Under the pieces are notes generated by a model. The model saw only the letters and a list, made by a program, of their open reading frames with translations, did no database searches and had not been told where the DNA came from. 64,000 nt of DNA from Candidatus Microgenomates bacterium (GTDB lineage Bacteria > Patescibacteriota > Microgenomatia > Daviesbacterales > UBA10151), in contig JACOYE010000007.1 of NCBI GenBank assembly GCA_016182045.1, forward strand, positions 98,121 to 162,120, written 5' to 3'. The translations under genes were made by a program, and so were the position numbers. Of this stretch, positions 45,963-56,014 are shown one piece after another (within the stretch, counting starts at the first letter, position 1; each line of letters starts with the position of its first letter).

Positions 45963-47009
45963 ATGGATGCACATCCTGTTCCTCAAAATGTCACCTCCTT
46001 CCAATTCAAATTGGTGGGGGATATGACTTTAAAACAATTTATTTATTTGGCTGCAGGGGTTGGTATTGCCTATTTTATCTTTGTCTTTCTGACAGCCGAC
46101 TACCCTGTGGTTGCCTGGCCCCTGATTGTCATCTCCACCATCCTGGGTGCAGCTTTTGCCTTTTTACCAATAGGGTCAAGGCCCCTGGATTACTGGCTGG
46201 GAGCATTTTTAAAAGCCATCTACTCCCCCACCAAAAGAGTCTGGCAAAAAAACAAGAAAAGTTACCTTCAGGATCCCCTTTTTAAAAGTAGATACGTGAT
46301 GTTTGCTTCCACTTTACATCCTCAACCGCCGATCGGTCCAATCCTCAGGCCGGTTGATCAAACCCAACCTGCCGGAACTTTACAGGTTAGCCTGGCGCTT
46401 TCACCACCTTCCCCCTCCAATCTGCCCACCCAAGAGGAACTTAAGAAAACAGTGGAGCTGGCTCGTCAGGCTCAAATATTACAAACCCAAATTATCCAGA
46501 CCGAAAGAGCTCTGGATCAAATTAGAGCAAAAGCCAATCAACCCATTGCTGCTCCCGCTGATTACACTGAGCAGGTCAACAAAATCATGACCGATTTACA
46601 AAGATTGATCAGTCAAACTTCTAATATTAAGAGCGAACTGGATGCTGTCAGTCATCCTGAGCAAACCGAACCTCAAGTTGTGGTACCTAAAGAAAAGTTA
46701 AGGGTGGTGATACCCAAAAAAACTCAACCTCAGGTAGCTTTAACCATCTTTCCCAATGTGATAAACGGTATTGTTAAAAATGTAGATGGGGATTATCTGG
46801 AAGGAGTAGTGGCAGTCATTTACGATAAAGAGGGCTTACCGGTCAGAGCTTTAAAAACTAACAAGCTGGGCCAATTTTCAGGCTCAACCCCTCTGCCCAA
46901 CGGTACATACACATTAGAGCTTGAGAAAGAAGACCTAAACTTTGATGCTTTACAAATAGAACTGGACGGTCAAATACTGCCACCGCTTATTATCACGGCT
47001 AAACAGTAA
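45963..47009 (+). CDS. PrgI/VirB3-like protein with coiled coil and C-terminal carboxypeptidase-regulatory-like domain
   Basis: HPVPQNVTSFQFKLVGDMTLKQF; RPLDYW. Confidence 0.85.
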   Translation: MDAHPVPQNVTSFQFKLVGDMTLKQFIYLAAGVGIAYFIFVFLTADYPVVAWPLIVISTILGAAFAFLPIGSRPLDYWLGAFLKAIYSPTKRVWQKNKKSYLQDPLFKSRYVMFASTLHPQPPIGPILRPVDQTQPAGTLQVSLALSPPSPSNLPTQEELKKTVELARQAQILQTQIIQTERALDQIRAKANQPIAAPADYTEQVNKIMTDLQRLISQTSNIKSELDAVSHPEQTEPQVVVPKEKLRVVIPKKTQPQVALTIFPNVINGIVKNVDGDYLEGVVAVIYDKEGLPVRALKTNKLGQFSGSTPLPNGTYTLELEKEDLNFDALQIELDGQILPPLIITAKQ

Positions 47010-47015
47010 AAATTT

Positions 47016-47765
47016 ATGAAAACAACTCAACAACATCTGGCTTTCGCCGATATCAAAGACGACCTGATTTTTCTAAAGGACGGAGGAGGGGCTTTGGTGT
47101 TACAAACTTCCGCAGTCAATTTTGGATTGTTATCGGCCCGCGAACAGGTGGCAATCATTGCTGCTTTTGCACAACTTCTAAACTCACTTTCTTTTAGCAT
47201 ACAAATTGTTGTCCACTCGGAAAGACTCAATATCTCCTCCTATCTTAATCTGTTGGACCAAGCTAAAAAGAGTCAAACCAATCCCCTTCTGTCCAAACTG
47301 ATGACTTCTTACCGCCAATTTATCCAAACCACCATTAAGGAAAACGAGGTTTTGGATAAAAAATTTTATATAGTCATTCCGCTTTTTAAGCTGGAGGTGG
47401 GACTTACTTCATCCAAAGAAGCACTGGATCAAAAAATTAAGACCGTACTTTTCCCCAGAAGAGATCAACTGATCCGCCAACTTAACAGAGTTGGCCTTAA
47501 GGCCACTCAACTGACTTCAACTAAACTGATCGATCTCTTTTATGATATCTACAACGGTGGGGAAGCAGAATTGTCACCACCTCAACCTTTAAGTGAAGCT
47601 GAACAGGTAAAACTTAATCAAGTCCAGCCAGTAATGGCACCTACAATTCAAAGCCAAAGCCCACTTCAGACCATCCCCCCTCAAGGACCAACCCCTTACC
47701 AACCATTGAGCAGTCAACCAACCAAAACCCATCCGTTTGTGGTGGAAGAATTGGAGGAAACTTAA
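47016..47765 (+). CDS. T4SS accessory protein (TraC/VirB4 N-terminal-like)
   Basis: VNFGLLS..EQ...LNSLSFSIQI and KKFYIVIP motifs. Confidence 0.7.
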   Translation: MKTTQQHLAFADIKDDLIFLKDGGGALVLQTSAVNFGLLSAREQVAIIAAFAQLLNSLSFSIQIVVHSERLNISSYLNLLDQAKKSQTNPLLSKLMTSYRQFIQTTIKENEVLDKKFYIVIPLFKLEVGLTSSKEALDQKIKTVLFPRRDQLIRQLNRVGLKATQLTSTKLIDLFYDIYNGGEAELSPPQPLSEAEQVKLNQVQPVMAPTIQSQSPLQTIPPQGPTPYQPLSSQPTKTHPFVVEELEET

Positions 47766-47866
47766 ATTTTAAATTACAAATTTGAAATTTTAATTCAAAT
47801 TAAAATGTATTAATTTTTAATGTTTTAAACATTTAGTCATTTAAAATTGATTAAAAATTGAAAATT

Positions 47867-49633
47867 ATGAAGATACCAAAATTATTTAAAAAACCCAAAG
47901 CCCAAGAGGTTATTACTCCTCAATTAACCATTGAGGATGTCATTGCTCCTGCTGAGCTGGAGGTGGATTTTAATGAGTTGAAGATCAACAATTTTCATTT
48001 TAGGACTTATTTCGTGTCCAACTATCCCAGATTTATTGAACCTAATTGGCTGGAGCCTTTAATCTCTTTTGATCACTCTCTTTTGATTTCCATGTTTATT
48101 TATCCAACTCAACCGGCCGGTGTTTTGGATGAGTTAAAAAGAAAAATTGCCGAAATGGAAGCCACCATCCAAACCGACATAGAGAGGGGTAAGGCAGTTG
48201 ATCCGACAGTAGAGGTAGCATTGGAGGATGCCCGAACGCTTCAGGAACAACTGGTGAAAGGATCGGAAAGATTTTTCCAGTTTGCCTTGTACGTAACAGT
48301 CCCTGCTGCTACCAAAGAGGAGTTGCATAATACCTCCAAGCTGGTGGAGTCAACTTTGGCCTCTTTATCTATCACCTCCCAGCCGACCACCCTGCAGATG
48401 GAGGATGGTTTTAAATCAACCATCCCACAAGGGTTAGATCTTTTGAATCTGACTCACAATATGGATACCACCTCTTTGGCCACCACCTTCCCTTTTGCCT
48501 CATCGGAGTTGACTGCCAACGAAGGCATCATGTACGGCATTAACGAGCACAACGATTCCTTAATTTTGTTTGACAGATTCAGTTTGGAGAATGCCAATTC
48601 GGTTATCTTCGCCAAATCCGGGGCAGGCAAGAGCTATTTTGTCAAACTGGAAGCCTTAAGATCTTTAATGTTTGGAACAGAAATACTAATTATTGATCCT
48701 GAGCAGGAATATTTATCTTTATCTCAGGCAGTAGGTGGTGAGTATATTAATTTTTCTCCCTCTTCTGCTGTTAAAATCAATCCTTTTGATATGTCTTCTC
48801 AAGTATCGGAGGAAAATGAGTTAGGTAGAAAAATCCTCTCTTTGACAGCCTTTCTAAAAATTGTCCTGGGAAACTTATCTGCCCAGGAAGCAGCTATTTT
48901 GGACCGGGCCTTAAAGCAAACTTATTCGCTCAAAGGCATTACCGATGACCCCAAAACACAAAGCAATCCGCCAGCCGGCGGACCACCTTTGATGGAAGAT
49001 TTATACAAAGTGTTAATCGGCATGGAGGAACAACCCGCCCTGGAGCTGGCAGCCAGACTGGAAAGATTTATCAAAGGATCGCTGTCTGGTATTTTCTCTC
49101 AACAATCAAATGTGGACTTATCCAATTCCTTCACGGTTTTTTCTTTAAGAGATCTTCCGGATCAGCTAAGACCGCTGGCCATCCATATGATTTTAGATTA
49201 TGTCTGGACTAAGATCAGAAGCAAGTTAAAAAAAAGAATTATGGTGGTGGATGAGGCCTGGTATTTGATGAAAAATCCAGATTCTGCCGACTTTTTGGTG
49301 GACATGGCCAAAAGAGCTCGCAAATATTATTTGGGGCTGACCACCCTCACCCAAGACATCGAGGATTTTTTGGGGACCGAGAGAGGCAAGGAGATTATTT
49401 CCAACTCATCAATCCAAGTGCTACTTAAACAGGCTCCGGCCTCAATTGATCTGCTGGCTCAAATATTTAACTTATCAGAGGGGGAACAAAGACTTTTGCT
49501 ATCAGAAGGGATCGGTCAAGGGCTATTTTTTGCAGGCAATACTCATGTGGCTATGAGAGTGGTAGCCTCACCCCAGGAACATCAGTTGATCACCTCCAAT
49601 CCACAAGAAATATTGGCAAGACAAAATGTATAA
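47867..49633 (+). CDS. virB4: VirB4-like ATPase
   Basis: AKSGAGKS Walker A, IDPEQEY, VDEAW and KRARKY motifs. Confidence 0.9.
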   Translation: MKIPKLFKKPKAQEVITPQLTIEDVIAPAELEVDFNELKINNFHFRTYFVSNYPRFIEPNWLEPLISFDHSLLISMFIYPTQPAGVLDELKRKIAEMEATIQTDIERGKAVDPTVEVALEDARTLQEQLVKGSERFFQFALYVTVPAATKEELHNTSKLVESTLASLSITSQPTTLQMEDGFKSTIPQGLDLLNLTHNMDTTSLATTFPFASSELTANEGIMYGINEHNDSLILFDRFSLENANSVIFAKSGAGKSYFVKLEALRSLMFGTEILIIDPEQEYLSLSQAVGGEYINFSPSSAVKINPFDMSSQVSEENELGRKILSLTAFLKIVLGNLSAQEAAILDRALKQTYSLKGITDDPKTQSNPPAGGPPLMEDLYKVLIGMEEQPALELAARLERFIKGSLSGIFSQQSNVDLSNSFTVFSLRDLPDQLRPLAIHMILDYVWTKIRSKLKKRIMVVDEAWYLMKNPDSADFLVDMAKRARKYYLGLTTLTQDIEDFLGTERGKEIISNSSIQVLLKQAPASIDLLAQIFNLSEGEQRLLLSEGIGQGLFFAGNTHVAMRVVASPQEHQLITSNPQEILARQNV

Positions 49634-49642
49634 TGGAACTGT

Positions 49643-51868
49643 ATGGCATTACGTGATGTCAAAAACTTTAGATTTTTATACAAGGCTTTAGAATATAAAT
49701 ACCTTCACCCACAAGCCAGTGGATATTTGGGGTTGGATTACGATCCTCACATTTATAAACTATTTTATGACACATTAACTTTTATCCAACAGACAGCGCA
49801 TGTGGATCTGAGAGATTATTTAAATATTAAAGATCCTAAAGTTTTAGAAAAATTTTATAAAGGTTTGGCCATAGATATAAGGTTAAGATTTTTAAGTAAA
49901 CCTGAAAGTGTGGCCACAGATGCTCGATATATTTTGACTGATGAGTATTATCAACAATATCCACAAGATTCAGAGGCAGAAAAAGAAGTTTTAGGGGCGC
50001 AAACATCCTCAACTGCATCTTCAGAATCTCAACAGCCAGGAATAGGATTCCCCTTTCCGGCAGGTTTAAGCGGACAGAGAATCCCCAGGAGAGTAGTTTA
50101 CATTGCACCCCAGACTAAAACTCCCCAAGCTAAATTATACGTGGCTGATAAAAGCGGCAGGGTGGTGGAAGAAAGAACCATCACTCCCACCTCAACAATT
50201 GTTAAGAAACCGGAAACACCATCAGTCTCAGAACACCCTCTGGGTGGAAAAACCATCAAAGCTGCTGAACAGCCAAAATTGGTGGTTGCAGAAGCACCTT
50301 CAAAGCAAATCTTTATTGCTGACAAAAGTGGGGCAATTAAAGGAATCCACAATATCAAATCTCCCAGCTGGTTAAAAACTTTCGGCTCAAATACCCAGAT
50401 ATTTACCAAAAAAGCTGTTAATCGTCTGGCTTCGGGCTTGACTAATTTCTTAAAGGGAGCGGGAGGAGCAGGGGGAGGTCTTTTGGGAGGTCTTGCTGGG
50501 ACAGGAGGCAGATTTTTAGGTGGCGCAGGAATTGGTGGTCTTAACTCCCTGGTATCTTTTTCTAATCAAATATCCAGAGGAAGTATTATTAAAGGCCCTC
50601 CAGGAAAATTCTGGCTGATTCTTTTGGGAGTGTTTCTTTTGGTAGGCACTATTGCCGCCATATCCCCTACCGGGCAACCAACTCCCACCGCTCAAGCAGG
50701 ACCAGTTGGACCTATAAATCTGTTAAGTTGTCAGCTTACCAGATCTGACCAAACACCGATACAAGGCTCTATTAAAAGCTCTATTCTGGTTAGATTATTC
50801 CAGGAAGCCGAACTTACCACTACAGTACCCGCAGCAGTTTTGGCAGGGATTGCCAGATTGGAAAACCCTAATTTTGTGATAAATGCCGATGATAATCATG
50901 ATGCCTTTTATGATAGAAATTTTACTGATCTGACAACTTGTACTCCTCATTTTGGCATGAGTCCCACCGGAGCATTGGGTCTAATGCAACTCCAACCGCC
51001 TGGCACAACAGGTTCATTTCCCTCAGGACTAGAACAGGGAGCTAAATTTTTAAATAAGACCTTGCAAGAGGTAAATTATTGTAATGTTAGAGAAAATATA
51101 TTCCTGGCTGCCGGATTTATTTTAAAAAAGCTACAAGGTTATAATATCGGGGATGGAACCAGGTGGGATCCTGCCTGGACAAATGACCAGAATGTTATCT
51201 ACAAGGTAGCGGAAAGTTTTTATGGCTGTCTACCCTATGGAGGTTCAAACCCTACCAAATGTGAGGGACCTTACAGTTATGGCCAGGATCTTTGGGCCAG
51301 TATCCAATCCTGTCAATCTATAGCATCACAACCTCTGGGCTGTCCAGCCATAGGAACTATCACTGGCCCTTACGGGTATAATATCCCTGATTATAATTAT
51401 CAGAACGAAGGATGTACCCCTCTTCAAAACTGCCATAACGGCATTGACATAGGTGCTTCTTTAGGTGATACGCTAGTATCAACCATTGAGGGAATAGTCA
51501 CAGAAATAGGTGACAATCATCCTCAAAGAGGTGATTATATCCAAATCTCAAATCAATCATCTGCGCTTGTCATAACCTATGAGCATATGTTAGATATCAG
51601 TGTACAAAAGGGAGAACAAATACAAAGGGGTCAAAAAGTAGGAACGGTTGGGGAGGGCGGTGAGGGTGTCAGTGGTCCTCATCTACATTATAAAATCCAA
51701 AAAAACGGAAACCTCCTTAATCCTTTTAAATATCTGGGTGATTCTTCTCCTCCTCTCCCATCACATACTCTGGCTTCATCTGATAATCTGGCAGATAACG
51801 ATTATGCTAATGTTCCCATTACTCCTGAAATAAGGGATAACTGGGGGCAGTGTAATAAATCACCATGA
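49643..51868 (+). CDS. Membrane-anchored lysozyme/SLT-like + M23 peptidase cell-wall hydrolase
   Basis: LAGIARLE...GALGLMQ, HNGID and PHLHY motifs, TM at about aa 325. Confidence 0.85.
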   Translation: MALRDVKNFRFLYKALEYKYLHPQASGYLGLDYDPHIYKLFYDTLTFIQQTAHVDLRDYLNIKDPKVLEKFYKGLAIDIRLRFLSKPESVATDARYILTDEYYQQYPQDSEAEKEVLGAQTSSTASSESQQPGIGFPFPAGLSGQRIPRRVVYIAPQTKTPQAKLYVADKSGRVVEERTITPTSTIVKKPETPSVSEHPLGGKTIKAAEQPKLVVAEAPSKQIFIADKSGAIKGIHNIKSPSWLKTFGSNTQIFTKKAVNRLASGLTNFLKGAGGAGGGLLGGLAGTGGRFLGGAGIGGLNSLVSFSNQISRGSIIKGPPGKFWLILLGVFLLVGTIAAISPTGQPTPTAQAGPVGPINLLSCQLTRSDQTPIQGSIKSSILVRLFQEAELTTTVPAAVLAGIARLENPNFVINADDNHDAFYDRNFTDLTTCTPHFGMSPTGALGLMQLQPPGTTGSFPSGLEQGAKFLNKTLQEVNYCNVRENIFLAAGFILKKLQGYNIGDGTRWDPAWTNDQNVIYKVAESFYGCLPYGGSNPTKCEGPYSYGQDLWASIQSCQSIASQPLGCPAIGTITGPYGYNIPDYNYQNEGCTPLQNCHNGIDIGASLGDTLVSTIEGIVTEIGDNHPQRGDYIQISNQSSALVITYEHMLDISVQKGEQIQRGQKVGTVGEGGEGVSGPHLHYKIQKNGNLLNPFKYLGDSSPPLPSHTLASSDNLADNDYANVPITPEIRDNWGQCNKSP

Positions 51869-52320
51869 TCAGTAAAAAAAGCGTTTTGATTGTAGTTTTT
51901 ATTTTGGGAATGGTTTTGGTTTCGCTGAAATTAAGCTTACCCAAGACAGATAGTTTGCCCCAAACAAGCAAACAGCAGGTTGTGAACCAGAATGTAAGCG
52001 AAGCCTCTCCTCAAATTATTTCCACCAAACCAGATCCTTTGGAAGAGGCTATTATTTCCTCAACAGAAGTTATTGAAATTACATTTAACAGATCTTTGGA
52101 AAATGAGGGGGAACTTAAAGTGAGGATTGACCCAAAGATTGATTTTGAAATCAAGCTTTCCCAGGATCGCAAAGTGGGCAAGATCATTCCTAAAACCCCA
52201 TATGAGCTGGGTACCACCTACACCTTATTTATTGGCCCGGATACCAAGTTTGACGGGGTGGGAAGATGGGGAGAAGAAAAGATTTTCCACTTTAAAACAA
52301 TAACCTACAGGGGGGTGTGA
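51865..52320 (+). CDS. Ig-like (Big_5) domain protein
   Basis: N-terminal TM, IEITFNRSL...YELGTTYTL...FHFKT. Confidence 0.75.
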   Translation: MISKKSVLIVVFILGMVLVSLKLSLPKTDSLPQTSKQQVVNQNVSEASPQIISTKPDPLEEAIISSTEVIEITFNRSLENEGELKVRIDPKIDFEIKLSQDRKVGKIIPKTPYELGTTYTLFIGPDTKFDGVGRWGEEKIFHFKTITYRGV

Positions 52321-52324
52321 TGGT

Positions 52325-53440
52325 TTATATCTTCACCGGCATGACGATAAATTCCAACCCCTCCACTCCCACCGGCTTAATCAAACAAGGCGATAAAGAC
52401 CCGGAAAATTCCATCATTAGCTGTGAAGAGGGGGCATTGCTGATGGCATCTAATAAAAATTTGGAGTTAAAGGCAATCTGCATTTGATCCCCCTCTATCT
52501 GAGCATCGACCTGATTTTGTTGGCTGCCCAACTCTTTGGCTGAAGATTCCAGACTGATCTGGTTATTTTGAGCGGTCAAAGTGGTAATATTGGTTTCGTT
52601 TTTGGCAAAAACTAAAGCCAGTTTGATGGCTTTCAACAGCTCCTCCCGATCTAGCAGCGCTCTAGTTTTAATCTCGGTGGGAATAATTTTTTCCCAGGAA
52701 GGAAACTGACCCTCAATCAACCTTGAGGAAATAATAGTTTGGCCAATGGTAAAGATGGCCTGATTTTGGTTTGGCGATAGAGAAATATTAACTTCACCAG
52801 CATTCTCTTCCCCAATAACTCTTAACACTTCCTCAAAAGTTCTTTTGGGTATTAGGCTTTTAAACCCTTCTGCTCCTCCGCCTTTGGCGTTGCTTGGTAC
52901 CAATTGTACTTGCCTGTGAGCCAGCCTAAAACCGTCTGTGGCCACAAAATCCAATTTTCCGTCTTTAACGTCAGTCAGAATTCCAGTCAAAACAGGTCTG
53001 CCTTCATCAACCGCAGCAGCATAAAGAATTTGAGCTGATGTTAAAAAAACCTCCTTGGGGAAGGTGACCCCCTTACCTTCCGATAGAGGGATAACAGGAA
53101 ATTCCGAGGCCAAGATGCCATTAATTTGAGCCTTTAGTTTGCCGGATTGAATAGATAGGATTTCTCCTGTTGCTTCCAGCTCGATTTTGCTTTGACCCAA
53201 ACCCGAGACCAGATCAACCAAAGTTTTGGCAGGAATTGTCAGCTCACCTGATGAAACTCCTTCTACCGAGACAAATTTGATCACCCCCACTTCCAAATTG
53301 GTGGCGGCAATTTTTAATTTATTACCTTCCAGGGACAATAAAATGTTATCTAAAACCGGTAAGGTAGATCGAACCCCAACAGATCTGCTAACTGATTGTA
53401 AAACAGGAAGTAAGTCTTGCTGTAATACGGAAAACTTCAT
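52325..53440 (-). CDS. dnaN: DNA polymerase III beta clamp
   Basis: ATNLE, ATDGFRLA, SRLIEGQFP and IVMPV motifs. Confidence 0.97.
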   Translation of the reverse strand: MKFSVLQQDLLPVLQSVSRSVGVRSTLPVLDNILLSLEGNKLKIAATNLEVGVIKFVSVEGVSSGELTIPAKTLVDLVSGLGQSKIELEATGEILSIQSGKLKAQINGILASEFPVIPLSEGKGVTFPKEVFLTSAQILYAAAVDEGRPVLTGILTDVKDGKLDFVATDGFRLAHRQVQLVPSNAKGGGAEGFKSLIPKRTFEEVLRVIGEENAGEVNISLSPNQNQAIFTIGQTIISSRLIEGQFPSWEKIIPTEIKTRALLDREELLKAIKLALVFAKNETNITTLTAQNNQISLESSAKELGSQQNQVDAQIEGDQMQIAFNSKFLLDAISNAPSSQLMMEFSGSLSPCLIKPVGVEGLEFIVMPVKI

Positions 53441-53442
53441 CT

Positions 53443-53895
53443 TTAATCTCCTTTCCGAGAAGTGACAAACTTTTGTATTTCTTCCTCAGTCACCTTAATC
53501 AATCTGAAATTTACTCTTCCGGCAGCAATTAGGTTTTTAATGTGTTTTTCCTCATCTGTCAATAGGTTGTTTAAACCGCTTTTGACTTCAATAAAATCAA
53601 TTCTTTGGTTATTTTTAATACCAATAAAATCAATCGGCCAACCTAAAGGGATAATCCGGTCATAATCATATCTCAGCTCGGCATAAGTTAAAAGCTCGGC
53701 CATTCTGCCTTTTTGGGGATTAATGGAACCTTGGATAACCTGTAACACTTTGGTGGGTAGTTCTTGTAAACCTTTATATAAATCAATCAAATCCGTGGGA
53801 ATATCTTGTGGTTTTCTCCCATGTAATCTGCCAATTAAATAAGCAACTACCAAAAATAGAATTAATATTCCGATTACCCACCAATTAGTATTCAT
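53443..53895 (-). CDS. Membrane-anchored PD-(D/E)xK nuclease (Holliday-junction-resolvase-like)
   Basis: N-terminal TM, GRMAE...PIDF...FIEVKSG...L..EE. Confidence 0.75.
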   Translation of the reverse strand: MNTNWWVIGILILFLVVAYLIGRLHGRKPQDIPTDLIDLYKGLQELPTKVLQVIQGSINPQKGRMAELLTYAELRYDYDRIIPLGWPIDFIGIKNNQRIDFIEVKSGLNNLLTDEEKHIKNLIAAGRVNFRLIKVTEEEIQKFVTSRKGD

Positions 53896-54075
53896 AAACT
53901 TATCAACAAACTGTTCGATTATACATTAATTTTAAATATATTAGTAATATTAATATACTAGGTGGATATGTTGATAAACTTCACCTATAAATTCAATTTT
54001 CGATTTAATTTCGTGTTAAAGCAGTGTTAATTTTTAGTGGATAAGATGTGGAAAAGTGACAATTCCGGTGGATAA
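53896..54075. other. oriC segment (DnaA boxes and AT-rich region)
   Basis: TTATCAACA 53900, TGTTGATAA 53969, AGTGGATAA 54036, TGTGGAAAA 54047, GGTGGATAA 54067. AT-rich at 53918-53960. Confidence 0.75.
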
Positions 54076-55392
54076 TTAAGCAGCCAACCTGCCTCTTATT
54101 TCTGATAACATTCTTTGTATCTCCCGGTCAGTGCTTACTAAATTCTTAATTTTATCTCTGCCGTGCATAACTGTGGTGTGATCTCTTTTACCTAAAATTT
54201 GTCCAATTTTTTCCACAGTTATATTAAGGTGTTCACTTAGAATAAACATGGCCATATGCCTGGGGAAAACCAGCTCTTTTTGTCTTTTTGCTCCAATTAG
54301 ATCTTTTTGAGTTAAGTTAAAATAATCACAAACTGCCTCCAGCACCTGCTTTGGTTCAATTTTTAATCCCTGCCGGGTAGGTATTTTAAGGTGTTGACTA
54401 ATATTTGCTGTGGTGGGAAGTAAATTTTGAGCTTTCAAAAGCTGCAGGATTCCCATCAACCTTCCCTCAAGCTCTCTGATATTGGTTTCAAAAGATGAGG
54501 CCAACATCTGCAAAGCCGCCTCCTCTAAAACTACCCGTTGCTCTTCGCACTTGGCTCTTAAGATGGCCATCCTGGTGTCGAAATCAGGGGCTTGGATGTC
54601 AATCATTAAGCCGCCGGCAAAGCGCGATTTTAACCTGTCCTCCAGTTTGGCAATTTCATGAGGGGATCTGTCTGAAGTAATCACAATCTGGGAATTCTTA
54701 CCAAGCAGCTCATTAAAAGTATGGAAAAACTCCTCTTGGGTTCCCTCCCTGCCTGAAAAAAACTGGATATCATCTATTAGTAAAACTTGGGGGGAGCGGT
54801 ATTTGGTTCTTAAATCTCCCATCCGGTTAGTTTTGATGGCCTCAACATAATCATTCAAAAACTTCTCAGATGGGCTATAAATGATTTTAGTTTGTGGTTT
54901 TTTATTTAAGATGGCATTGCCGATGCCTATCATCAGATGGGTTTTGCCCACCCCTGTTCCTCCGTAGATAAATAGAGGGTTATATGAGATACCTGGGTTT
55001 TGGGTCACTGATTGGGCTGCGGCATAAGCCACATTATTGGTTGGTCCCACCACAAAATTTGCTAAAGTATATTTGGGGTTAAGATACGATGTTTGAGTTT
55101 GAAAAGGTTGAAAAAATTCTTCATCTTTTTCCTGTGTTTCAATGTCATTTTCTTTGATAACAAATAAAACATTAATCTTTTTTTCCAGGATCTTAGTTAA
55201 AACTTCCTCGATTAAAGATTTGTATTTTTTATTTAAAGTTTCTTTGATAAAAGCTGAAGAAGTGCTCAAAGTCACATTTTCACCGTCAATAGACTTCAAA
55301 AGGGTTTTTAAAAAGTAAGCCTTAAGGTTATCAGGTCCTACCGCTGGTTTAATCAGTTGTAATAATTTGTGCCAAACTCTCAAGTTGTCCAT
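54076..55392 (-). CDS. dnaA: Replication initiator
   Basis: YNPLFIYGGTGVGKTHL, IDDIQF, NIRELEG and RDHTTV motifs. Confidence 0.98.
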   Translation of the reverse strand: MDNLRVWHKLLQLIKPAVGPDNLKAYFLKTLLKSIDGENVTLSTSSAFIKETLNKKYKSLIEEVLTKILEKKINVLFVIKENDIETQEKDEEFFQPFQTQTSYLNPKYTLANFVVGPTNNVAYAAAQSVTQNPGISYNPLFIYGGTGVGKTHLMIGIGNAILNKKPQTKIIYSPSEKFLNDYVEAIKTNRMGDLRTKYRSPQVLLIDDIQFFSGREGTQEEFFHTFNELLGKNSQIVITSDRSPHEIAKLEDRLKSRFAGGLMIDIQAPDFDTRMAILRAKCEEQRVVLEEAALQMLASSFETNIRELEGRLMGILQLLKAQNLLPTTANISQHLKIPTRQGLKIEPKQVLEAVCDYFNLTQKDLIGAKRQKELVFPRHMAMFILSEHLNITVEKIGQILGKRDHTTVMHGRDKIKNLVSTDREIQRMLSEIRGRLAA

Positions 55393-55404
55393 GGTTAGAT
55401 TAAG

Positions 55405-55444
55405 CTATTCACAAGTGTGGAAAACTTTCTTGATTTTATCCACA
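55405..55444. promoter_or_regulatory. DnaA boxes upstream of dnaA
   Basis: CTATTCACA, TGTGGAAAA and perfect TTATCCACA (55436-55444). Confidence 0.7.
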
Positions 55445-55562
55445 ATTTAATCCAGCAGGGGATTCTTTAGCAAGATGGAGGAACTATTAAAAACTAGATC
55501 AAAATTTTTGTCGTTGCAAGGATTCCCTTTACATATTGCAGCTGGTGGTGTAATATAAAAAT

Positions 55563-55754
55563 ATGAACAAGATTAAAAATCCGATGGTGAATTATGAGAA
55601 TAAATGGGTTGCCTTATCTTCGGACAAAAAAAAGGTTGTAGCAGCTGGGAGTTCAATCAAGCAATTAGAGAAAAAGCTCAAAGGATTCAAGAAAGAAGAA
55701 GTAATACTTACTTTTGTTCCCCCTTTTGATAAAGTGCTATCGCTTCAATGTTAA
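55563..55754 (+). CDS. DUF5678-like small protein
   Basis: YENKWVAL...VVAAG motif. Confidence 0.7.
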   Translation: MNKIKNPMVNYENKWVALSSDKKKVVAAGSSIKQLEKKLKGFKKEEVILTFVPPFDKVLSLQC

Positions 55755-56014
55755 ATAGTAAGGTTTTAACTTACGATTATTTAAGGTTTCTTGAGAAGGA
55801 TGAGAAAACTCAGGAATTTACCAGAGAAATATTTGCACCGTTTATCTCCGTAAGAATTTCCTTTGACCATAAGCTAAGTTTCCCTTTTCATGCACTCGTT
55901 GATTCCGGCGCCGCAAGAAATTTACTGCCTGCGGCTTTAGGGGAACAAATCCAAAGAGTTATTTTTGATGAAAACTTCCACCAAGTGCAACTAATTCTTA
56001 AAAGTGAAAGCTAA
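55748..56014 (+). pseudogene. Retropepsin-like aspartyl protease, probably internally deleted
   Basis: ALVDSGA motif present, but only 88 aa and no downstream LLG motif. Confidence 0.5.

Noticed and set aside
28896-52320. Integrative conjugative element or prophage
   Set aside because: No integrase, relaxase or phage genes. It matches the core CPR origin-linked T4SS-like locus.
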